Positions 49,791-58,393 of a DNA stretch of 64,000 nt are shown piece by piece; position 1 is the stretch's first letter, and every line of letters begins with the position of its first letter. Location: the NCBI GenBank assembly GCA_963734545.1, contig CAVTHO010000008.1, positions 544,001 to 608,000 of the forward strand. The letters run 5' to 3'. Below the pieces are notes generated by a model. The model had not been told where the DNA came from. It made no database searches and saw only the letters and a program-made list of their open reading frames with translations. The stretch comes from an uncultured Spirochaetota bacterium (GTDB lineage: Bacteria; Spirochaetota; Spirochaetia; SZUA-6; Fen-1364). Both the position numbers and the translations under genes were made by a program.

Positions 49791-50441
49791 ATGAAACGTT
49801 ATCTATTGATTGTCGTGATGGCGCTGGCGCTCGCGCCGGTTCTGTTTTCTCAAACCCAGGCAGTGGTCAAAGAGTTCAAGGGCAAGGTGGAGATCAAGGC
49901 CAGTGGAGGAGAGTGGCAGCCGGTGGCAGCGGGCATGAAGCTGGACACGGGGGCCTCGATCTCCACGGGCTTCAGCTCCACCGCGCTGCTTGACCTGGGC
50001 ACCTCGACGCTGAAGGTGGCCCCGCTGACCCGCATGCAGCTGGTGGAGCTGATTGCCCGACAGGGCAGCGTCTCCACCACCCTTGCGCTGAAGGTGGGCA
50101 AGGTGAACGCGGAAGTGAAGACCGCCCCGGGGCTCAAGCAGGACTTCACGCTGAAAGGGCCGCAGGCCACCGCGGCGGTGCGCGGCACGGAGTTCGAGTT
50201 CGACGGGGTCAGCGTGAAGGTGATCAACGGCCTGGTGTTCTTCTCCAACAACCAGGGCCAGGGTCGGGGGGTGGGAGCAGGGGAGCAGAGCTCGACCAGC
50301 GGCACGCAGATTCCCACCAGCGGAGAGCAGGAGAACGAGACCAATACGAGCGTCCAGCCGCACACCTCCGCGGGAGGGACGACCCTTCCGCCGTCGGCCG
50401 TGCCTCCGGCGCCCGCCAACGTGACCATCAGATGGCAGTAG
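49791..50441 (+). CDS. Array gene C2: secreted FecR-domain protein
   Basis: Near-identical to C1 and C3. Confidence 0.85.
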   Translation: MKRYLLIVVMALALAPVLFSQTQAVVKEFKGKVEIKASGGEWQPVAAGMKLDTGASISTGFSSTALLDLGTSTLKVAPLTRMQLVELIARQGSVSTTLALKVGKVNAEVKTAPGLKQDFTLKGPQATAAVRGTEFEFDGVSVKVINGLVFFSNNQGQGRGVGAGEQSSTSGTQIPTSGEQENETNTSVQPHTSAGGTTLPPSAVPPAPANVTIRWQ

Positions 50442-50461
50442 ATGAGATCCGGGAGAAGAAC

Positions 50462-51641
50462 ATGAAAGCACAAACGTTGAAATCATCCGGGGCGAAAATG
50501 GCCGCGGTTGTCATTTTATGCGCGGCGGGTCTTGCGCTCACGAACTGCTTTTACACGCCTGGAGTGTCTGGAGACAACGCCCGGACAGGCATAGCCCTGC
50601 CCAAGTACGTTGCCGCGAACACCGTCTCGCTGGCCCTGATCGTGGGCGGTCCGGGGATGGACCCCATATATACCAGCTACACGACCATCCCCCCCAGCAT
50701 CAGCATCGAGGTTCCATCGGGCCTTGCGAGGACATTCACCGTGCTGCTGAACAGCCCTTCCGCCACCCTTCGGGGCGTGGCAACGGTAGACCTGCAGCCG
50801 GGAGAGTCCAAAGACATCACGGTCAACCCGACGGTGGCGGGCACGCAAATCATCGTCCCTGATAACTACAATTCCCGCCTGGTGCAGATCTCCGATATGA
50901 GCGGGACTGGATGGACCGACGCTGTCAATTACCTCGCCGTACGACGTCGATTTCGACGATCAGGGCCGAGTATATGTCGCGTACCCGAACTGTGCGGGTG
51001 GCCCTGGCGTCATACGGATCAACGATATCACAGATACGAGCTTGACTACGCTCACCGGCGTCACGGCAACGAATATCCGGTCGCTCGCCATGGACCTGAC
51101 ACGCGGCCTGCTGTATTACACGAACGGCAGCACTCTCTGGAGAATGCAGGTGACCCCGACGCAGGGCCCTGAAACGCCCGTAGATCCGTCAGGCTTATTG
51201 GGCAGCTTTTATACACAAGGGATCGCCGCGGATTCGGATGGTTTTATCTATATGGCGAGAACCTCCCCCTCAGTCGCCGTGCTGAAGATCGATCCCCGTG
51301 TGCCGGGAATTGTGAAGACCTACGTCGGCTCGCTCATCAACCCCTGGGACGTCCTGGTGAATGGCGACTACGTCTATGTGAGCGACTACACGGGCAAGCA
51401 GATCGTTCGCCTTACCAGGAACCTTGATTTCGTGGATTCGTTCTCCGGCCCGGCCTCGGATCCATTCCTGGGACCCGAGCGGTTCGTGGCGATCCTGAAC
51501 AAACCGATTACCGTCATCGACGAGGGCGGTTCCGGAGGCCCTGACAGGCTTGTCTCATTCAACGACATGACCGGTGCGGGCTGGACGCCCTACGGATCCC
51601 ATGGAGGGGGGCCAGGCCAGTTCGTGTTCTTCCTTTGCTGA
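50462..51641 (+). CDS. Array gene D2: variable beta-propeller lipoprotein, +1 frameshift near 50917
   Basis: Lipobox LTN-C; PYDVDFDDQGRVY restored by a one-base shift; shares DPFLGPERFVAILNK with D1. Confidence 0.75.
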
Positions 51642-51664
51642 AGAACGGGCACCACGGCTTGATG

Positions 51665-53479
51665 ATGGATGAGCAGTATATCGCGGCACCTGTCGCCGCG
51701 TATCCTGCGGATAAAGGACATGTCCTCATCTCCAACCGGAACACAGGCCGTCCCGATGTATTGTCAGGGCAGTTGTTCGGCATCCTGAGACAGGCGGACC
51801 GATTCGACACCATTGCCGGCCATGTAAAAAGGCTTTTCGCTGCGGGCTGGGAGGATGACGGATCCGGATTCATCGAATCCGCGTTCCGTGAGCTGATTTC
51901 CCACGGGCTCCTGGTGCCGAAAAGCGCCTTCCTGAGGGGCCTCCTCGAAATGGGCGCCGGATGCGAGGCTCCTCCGACCGTCACCTCGGTGATCGTGACG
52001 ACGCGCGACCGGATCCCTCAACTCCAGCGGTGTCTTGTTGGATTCATCGAAAACACCAGGAAGCACGGCCGCAGCGTGGACTACCTGGTCATCGACAATT
52101 CAAGAAACGAAAACCAGCGCGTGAAAATCACTGGCGTCCTCACTCCATTCGCCGCGGGGGGCGTGAAAATCCATTACGCGGGGAGAGAGGAGAAATCACG
52201 CTTCAAGATTGAGCTGGTTCAGGCAGGGTCAGCGGAAGGACTGCCGGATGATATCGTGGACTTCTGCCTGTTCGGTGACGAGGGTTTCGCGCAGACCTAC
52301 GGAGCCAATCGGAATGCGCTCCTCCTGGACACCACGGGAGAATTGATCGTGATGACCGATGATGACACGCTGTGCCAGCCAGCCGTCCTTGGAGAATCGG
52401 CGCCCACCCTCGCGCTCAGCTCGATGAAGGACCCGGCGGTCACCCGCTTCCATGCCGACAGAAGGCAATTGGTGCGGTCGGTGCGAACCACCGACGTCGA
52501 TATTCTCTCCTGGCATGAGAAAGTGCTGGGGCGCTCGATCGCCGGATGCATGTCGGCCCTCGGATCGGATTCCGCGCTCGACGTGGAATGCATCACACCC
52601 GAATCCGCGCATTTCTTCGGGAAAGCATTAAAAGTCGTGAGGGCCTCCGCGTCGGGACACTGGGGAGATGCGGGAATGGATTCACCCTACCTGCTTCTCG
52701 AGCTGTCGGGAAAATCGCGGGATCTTCTCATGCGCTCGAAGGAGCAGTACACGCAGGCCGGGGAGAGCAGGGAGATCTTTCGGAGCGTCCCGTGCTGCAC
52801 AATCAGCGACAATTCGGTTTTCATGGCCATCAACGCCGGAATTGACAACCGTTCGCTCCTGCCCCCCTTCCTTCCGGTCGGCAGGAACGAAGACGGGATC
52901 TTTGCCATGACCCTGCGTATCTGCGCGCAGGACGCGCTCATCGGCCATATCCCCCTTGCCGTGCTTCACTCACCGCAGGAAGCGCGGCGCTATGAGCAAG
53001 GCGGCAGTCCAATTGCGGCCCCGAGGCTGGCGGAAATCCTGTCGGCGATCATGAGCACATTCAACCCATCTCCGGGGCACGAGACCGTTTCCCAGAGGCT
53101 CTCCGACCTTGGAAAGCTCCTGGTCGATGTCGGCTCCCTGAAGATCGAAGATTTCACAGAACACGTCGAAACGGTCTGGGCCGCGGCGGCGAGTCGTTAT
53201 ATCGGCCTTCTCGAATCCCTGCTCGATCTGCACCGTGGCAAGCCGGATTACTGGGCGGAGGATGTCCTGTCCTTCATTGAAAGGCTCACCGATTTCACCG
53301 TACACAAGTCCGCAGCAGCTCCCCGCGAGCTTCTGGAAACGCAAACCCCCGAGCAGGCAGTGGAAGTCTGCCGCCGCGTGGTGCGTAGATTCGGCGAGCT
53401 CCTGCAATGGTGGCCGGTGATCTACGGCGCTGCAAAGAAGCTCCGTGATGCCGACAAACGCCTCGTGCGGCGGGTTTGA
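51665..53479 (+). CDS. Array gene E2: RRE-like plus GT-A glycosyltransferase
   Basis: Full-length paralog of E1; TTRDR, YGANRN, MTDDD, RNEDG. Confidence 0.72.
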   Translation: MDEQYIAAPVAAYPADKGHVLISNRNTGRPDVLSGQLFGILRQADRFDTIAGHVKRLFAAGWEDDGSGFIESAFRELISHGLLVPKSAFLRGLLEMGAGCEAPPTVTSVIVTTRDRIPQLQRCLVGFIENTRKHGRSVDYLVIDNSRNENQRVKITGVLTPFAAGGVKIHYAGREEKSRFKIELVQAGSAEGLPDDIVDFCLFGDEGFAQTYGANRNALLLDTTGELIVMTDDDTLCQPAVLGESAPTLALSSMKDPAVTRFHADRRQLVRSVRTTDVDILSWHEKVLGRSIAGCMSALGSDSALDVECITPESAHFFGKALKVVRASASGHWGDAGMDSPYLLLELSGKSRDLLMRSKEQYTQAGESREIFRSVPCCTISDNSVFMAINAGIDNRSLLPPFLPVGRNEDGIFAMTLRICAQDALIGHIPLAVLHSPQEARRYEQGGSPIAAPRLAEILSAIMSTFNPSPGHETVSQRLSDLGKLLVDVGSLKIEDFTEHVETVWAAAASRYIGLLESLLDLHRGKPDYWAEDVLSFIERLTDFTVHKSAAAPRELLETQTPEQAVEVCRRVVRRFGELLQWWPVIYGAAKKLRDADKRLVRRV

Positions 53480-53542
53480 GCCCTCTTGCGCATACCATGA
53501 GTTTGCACTAAAGATAGCATCATATAGAAGAAAGGAGCCTCC

Positions 53543-53995
53543 ATGAAGAAACCGGGTGTGCTTCTTGTCCTGCTTCTTTCGACGGCCCTTCCCCTGGCTG
53601 CCCAGTCAAATCAGCTTCTCGATCAGCTCCTGGATCAGCCGGCCGCGAGCTTCGGCGAGGTGGTCTACATGACACTGTCCGCCGCGAAGCTCGTGCCGGA
53701 GACCGCCACCCCGGCGGAGGCGCTGGAGGCCCTCCAGCAGCAGAACTGGAAGGTCCGAATCCTCCCGGCAGAAGCCCCGATCCCCCTCGGGGACTACGCG
53801 TTCCTGCTCATGAAGGCTTTCAAGCTCTCCGGGGGCATCTTCTACAGCCTCTTCCCCGGGCCCCGCTACGCCGTCCGTGAGCTGGGCTACCTCAGGGTCA
53901 TCACCACCGATGCCCGACCCAATCGAAACCTCTCGGGTGAAGAGGCGGTGCGCATCCTGGGCAACCTGATGGCGCGCAAGGAGGGCTCCTCATGA
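53543..53995 (+). CDS. Array gene A2: secreted SLH-like protein
   Basis: Differs from A1 at four residues; AAGGAG RBS. Confidence 0.75.
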   Translation: MKKPGVLLVLLLSTALPLAAQSNQLLDQLLDQPAASFGEVVYMTLSAAKLVPETATPAEALEALQQQNWKVRILPAEAPIPLGDYAFLLMKAFKLSGGIFYSLFPGPRYAVRELGYLRVITTDARPNRNLSGEEAVRILGNLMARKEGSS

Positions 53996-55320
53996 AAGCG
54001 TGGCGCACACTGGCGATCATCGCTGCACTCTCCCTGGCGGGCGCGGCGGACCTCAGCGGGATGGACTTCGATTTCGGCGGCTTCGTGGAAAACTCAAGCA
54101 CTCCCTCGGTGGCCCTGGACGCCAAGAACCCCGTGTGGGCCATGGACCAGAAGGACAGGCTGGCCCTCTGGGCGGAGATGCATTTCAACCCGCAGCTTTC
54201 CCTCACCATCCAGGGCAGTTATGCCTTCTCCCTGGATCTGCCCTATCTGTTCGACGTTGATGCGCTGAGGCTGGACTGGAAGATACTTCCTTCCCTGCGT
54301 GCCAGCCTGGGCAGGTTCGTCTTCTCGGACTTCACGGGCCACGTTCTGAATCACAAGCTGGACGGGGTGCTGTTCGGCCTGGACTTCCCTTTCATGGTGC
54401 TGAGCGCGGGGGCGGGTTTTTCGGGACTCGTGCTCAAGCCCTCCTCCCTGATCCTCATGAGCCGCTCGGACACCGCCGACCAGTCTGACAACGGGGTCAT
54501 CCTGGCTGCCCCCCGGCTGATCGAGAAGCTGGAGGTGCTCTTCCCCAACCTTCTTCCCCGCCAGGACCTGACGGTGTCGGTGGTCCTGCAGCAGGACTTC
54601 CGTCCCAGCGGCTCCCTCATCCAGGAGGGCGAGCAGCAGCAGTTCGTCGCGGGCGCATCGGGGGGGAGACTGACCAGCGAGTACTTCGGGCTGGGGGTCT
54701 CGGGGGCCATCGTCTCCGCCCTGTACTACGACGCATTCTTCTATTACAGCCTTGGCAGCACTCTCTCCTATGTGGCGGACCCCGCTTCGGGCACCGGCTC
54801 CTCCTACCAGTACGAGGCAATCCAGGCTTTCCTGGGCGGCATAGGGCTGCGCTACTACAACGAGGCGCTTTTGTCCTCCCGCGCGGAGCTGCGGGCCGTC
54901 ATCTCCAGCGGAGATGCGGACAACAGCACATACCTGGAGGGCAACAGCGCGGGGGCATCGACGATCTTCATGCCCATTTCCCAGGAGACCCTCGGGCTGG
55001 CCTTTCAGCCCCAGCTGGGCAACCTGCTCATCCTCACCGCCAGCTACTCACTGAAGCCGGCGAGCCCGCTCCAGCTCATGGTGAAGGGGCAGTCCTTCCT
55101 CAGGCCGACCACGGGGGCCATTTCGGTTCTAGGAATAGATTCTGCTTCCAATGCGCTGTACCTGGGGACCGAGGTCGACGGGATCGTCAACTTCAGGCCT
55201 CTCTCCGATCTGGGCACCGCCCTTTCGCTGGGGTTCTTCCTGCCCAACAAGAGCGCGTTCACGGGCCAGGCCTCCCTGCCTGTCCTGGCCGGGCGGCTGG
55301 AGGTTTCCTTGAGTTTCTGA
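53992..55320 (+). CDS. Array gene B2: predicted outer-membrane beta-barrel
   Basis: Same length as B1 (442 aa) with a handful of substitutions. Confidence 0.75.
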   Translation: MKAWRTLAIIAALSLAGAADLSGMDFDFGGFVENSSTPSVALDAKNPVWAMDQKDRLALWAEMHFNPQLSLTIQGSYAFSLDLPYLFDVDALRLDWKILPSLRASLGRFVFSDFTGHVLNHKLDGVLFGLDFPFMVLSAGAGFSGLVLKPSSLILMSRSDTADQSDNGVILAAPRLIEKLEVLFPNLLPRQDLTVSVVLQQDFRPSGSLIQEGEQQQFVAGASGGRLTSEYFGLGVSGAIVSALYYDAFFYYSLGSTLSYVADPASGTGSSYQYEAIQAFLGGIGLRYYNEALLSSRAELRAVISSGDADNSTYLEGNSAGASTIFMPISQETLGLAFQPQLGNLLILTASYSLKPASPLQLMVKGQSFLRPTTGAISVLGIDSASNALYLGTEVDGIVNFRPLSDLGTALSLGFFLPNKSAFTGQASLPVLAGRLEVSLSF

Positions 55321-55351
55321 GCTATACTTGGAAGTGCAGGGAGTGACTGCC

Positions 55352-56002
55352 ATGAAACGTTACCTATTGATTGTCGTGATGGCCTTGGCGCTCACGCCGG
55401 TTTTGTTTTCTCAGACCCAGGCAGTGGTCAAAGAGTTCAAGGGCAAGGTGGAGATCAAGGCAGGCGGAGGCGAGTGGCAGCCGGTGGCAGCGGGCATGAA
55501 GCTGGACACGGGGGCCTCGATCTCCACGGGCTTCAGCTCCACTGCGGTGCTTGACCTGGGCACCTCCACGCTGAAGGTGGCCCCGCTGACCCGCATGCAG
55601 CTTGTGGAGCTGATCGCCCGACAGGGCAGCGTCTCCACGACCCTTGCGCTGAAGGTGGGCAGGGTGAACGCGGAAGTGAAGACCGCCCCGGGGCTCAAGC
55701 AGGACTTCACGCTGAAGGGGCCGCAGGCCACCGCCGCGGTGCGCGGCACGGAGTTCGAGTTCGACGGGGTCAGCGTGAAGGTGATCAACGGCCTGGTGTT
55801 CTTCTCCAACAACCAGGGCCAGGGCCGTGGGGTGGGGGCAGGGGAGCAGAGCTCGACCAGCGGCACGCAGATTCCCACCAGCGGAGAGCAGGAAAACGAG
55901 ACCAACACGAGCGTGCAGCCGCACACCACTACGGGAGGGACAGCCCTTCCGCCGTCGGCCGTGCCACCGGCCTCCGCCACCGTGACCATCACATGGCAGT
56001 AG
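55352..56002 (+). CDS. Array gene C3: secreted FecR-domain protein
   Basis: Near-identical to C1 and C2; ends VTITWQ. Confidence 0.85.
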   Translation: MKRYLLIVVMALALTPVLFSQTQAVVKEFKGKVEIKAGGGEWQPVAAGMKLDTGASISTGFSSTAVLDLGTSTLKVAPLTRMQLVELIARQGSVSTTLALKVGRVNAEVKTAPGLKQDFTLKGPQATAAVRGTEFEFDGVSVKVINGLVFFSNNQGQGRGVGAGEQSSTSGTQIPTSGEQENETNTSVQPHTTTGGTALPPSAVPPASATVTITWQ

Positions 56003-56024
56003 ATGGAGAGTAGGGAGCAGCCAG

Positions 56025-57227
56025 ATGAAAACACAAATGTTCCGAGCATCTGTGGCGAGACTCGCCGCGGTTATCCTAGTGGGCGCGGCGAGCCTTGTGC
56101 TCTGCGAGCTGCTTTTACATGCCGGGAGTCAACGGCAAGTCTGCAAAGGCCGGCATCAGCGTGAACAGGTCGGCTGCTGCCCTCGAACCTGACGTCGATC
56201 GCGCTCATCGTGGGCGGGCCCGGCATGGAGACCATTGCCACCCAGTACTCCCTGGGCACCACCTCGGCGACGCTGACCGTTCCCTCAGGAGTCGCGCGCA
56301 CCTTCACGGTGCTGGCGAACACCGCGTCGGTGACGTTCCGAGGACGATGTCACGGTTGACCTCGCGCCGGACGAGACAAAGGAAATTGACCTGACTCCCA
56401 CGCTGTTTGCCACTCAGATCGTCGTCCCGGACTATCTCAATTATCCGGCTCGTGCAGATCTCCGACATGAAGGGGACCGGATGGACCGCGGTCGAGGATC
56501 CGACCTCGGGTCTAACCCACACGATGTTGATTTCGACGCTGAAGGTCGAATCTATGTGGCGAGACTAACTCCTCGAGGTATCCTGTGGATCGACGATATC
56601 ACCAACGGGACTTTTAACCCTGCTCAGCGGTTTCGTGGGGACGGACATACAGTCGCGTCGCCATGGACCGGGAAACGGGCCTTCTCTATTACGTGGGCTA
56701 ACTGTGAGTAGCCACGAGTCGTTGATGAGCTCCACAGAGAGACGTGATTTCGGGCCCGGACGAGCTGGTTGATCTGAGCAGCGAGGTCTGAATCAGTACC
56801 AGGGGATTGCCGTGGACTCGGATGGCTTTGTCTATGTTGTGAATAACCCACTACCCTGAAGTACTGAAGATCAATCCCAATCCGAACCCATCAAGTCCGT
56901 CGTGGGTAGCCAGCTACGCATCTCAACTACCCGTGTGACGTCCTGGTAAATGGCGACTACGTCTATGTCAGCGATCAGGCGGATGCGAAGATCGTTCGAC
57001 TTACGAAAGACCTTCCGTTCCCGGTTGAGTTCTTCGGCCCTGGCTCGGATCCATTCCTGGGACCCGAACGGTTCGTCGCGATCCTGAACAAGCAGATCAC
57101 CGTCATCGACGAGTGGAGTGCGAACGATGACAGGCTGGTCTCCTTCGGCGACATGATGGAGCGGGCTGGACGACCTATGGCACGCGTCCGGTTCGAACAG
57201 GGCCAGTTCCGGTTCATCTGGTACTAT
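56025..57227 (+). pseudogene. Array gene D3: lipoprotein, multiply frameshifted
   Basis: SC-FYMPG, GGPGMETIA, HDVDFDAEGRIYV and DPFLGPERFVAILNK fragments spread over several frames. Confidence 0.7.
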
Positions 57228-58360
57228 AATCCGCGTTCGGGAGCGATCTCTCATGGGCTCCTGGTGAAGGAGAGCGCCTTCCGGTCCCTCTCTCGTCGAA
57301 AAGACAAGCGAGCAGGGACCGCTGCCGCCCATCACTTCAGTGATCGTCACGACACGGGACCGGATCCCTGAACTCCAGCGGTGCCTTGCAAGCTATATCG
57401 AGAGAAACGAGACGTTCGATCGCCGGCCCGAATACATTGTCCTCGACGATTCGCGGCAGCCGGGGACAGGCAGAGAGAATGGCGGAGATCGCTCATCCCC
57501 CTCTCGGCGAAGGGAACGCGGATTTCCTACGCGGGCATGGAAGAAAAGGCGCGGTTCGCGGATGAGCTCATGCGCGCGGCAAAGGGCGAAGGGCTCCCGG
57601 GAGACGTCGTCTCCTTTGCCCTGTTCGGCGATGAAGCCTACACGCGCACCGTGGGAGCCAATCGGAACGCGCTCCTCCTGGCCGCGCCGGGGGAACTCTG
57701 CGTCATGATAGACGATGACACGGTGAGCCGGACGGCCGTCCTCGAGGAAACGGACGCACACCTCGCGCTCAGCGCTTTAAAGGACCCGACTGTCTCCCGT
57801 TTCTACGCAGACAGAAAGCAGCTGGAGGATTCGGTGCGCCCCGTCGACGTCGATATTCTCTCCTGCCACGAGAAGATGCTGGGACGCTCGATCGCCGGAT
57901 GCGTATCGTGCCTTGGCCCCGATTCCGAGCTCGACGTGGATCGCCTTGCCCCGGAGTCTGTCCTCTTCTTCGGAAGCGGATCAAAGGTGGTGAAAGCCAC
58001 CGCGACGGGATTCTGGGGAGATTCGGGAATGGACTTCGCCCCACCGGGTCCTGGAGCTGATGGGAGAATCCCGGGACCAGGTCATGCGGTCGAGGAAACT
58101 GTACGCCCGAGCCAGGGAAAGCCGGGAGATCTTTCGCGGCGTGCCCCGCTACATGATCGGCGACGGCGCCGTGTTCATGCCCATGAACGCCGGGGTCGAC
58201 AACCGCTCGCTGCCGCCCTTCCTTCCGGTGGGCACTCGGACGGGATCTTCGCAATGACCCTGCGTGTCTGCGCGGAGGAGGCGCTGATCGGCCACGTCCC
58301 CTTCGCCGTCCTGCACGCGCCTCTGGAGACGCGCCACTATGCGCAGAACGCCGCGATTGC
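57228..58360 (+). pseudogene. Array gene E3: glycosyltransferase fragment lacking N- and C-termini, frameshifted
   Basis: VTTRDRIPELQRCL, VGANRNALLL, MIDDD, NRSLPPFLPVG in shifting frames. Confidence 0.7.
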
Positions 58361-58393
58361 GGCTGGGGGCGCGGCAGCGCGCCCCGCTGCCGT

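Larger units (their letters stand above)
44140..58390 (+). repeat. Tandem gene-cassette array ABCDE / CDE / ABCD*E*
   Basis: Near-identical A, B and C copies and homologous but divergent D and E copies, visible by direct comparison. Confidence 0.93.

Noticed and set aside
44140-55320. Array as a purely artefactual duplication
   Set aside because: A, B and C copies differ by scattered substitutions (many synonymous), upstream regions differ, and D and E are deeply diverged; still worth confirming with reads
44140-58390. Diversity-generating retroelement, integron or shufflon as the source of variation
   Set aside because: No reverse transcriptase, integrase or invertase, no attC-like sites, and no adenine-specific template/variable repeat pair seen; all cassettes are in the same orientation
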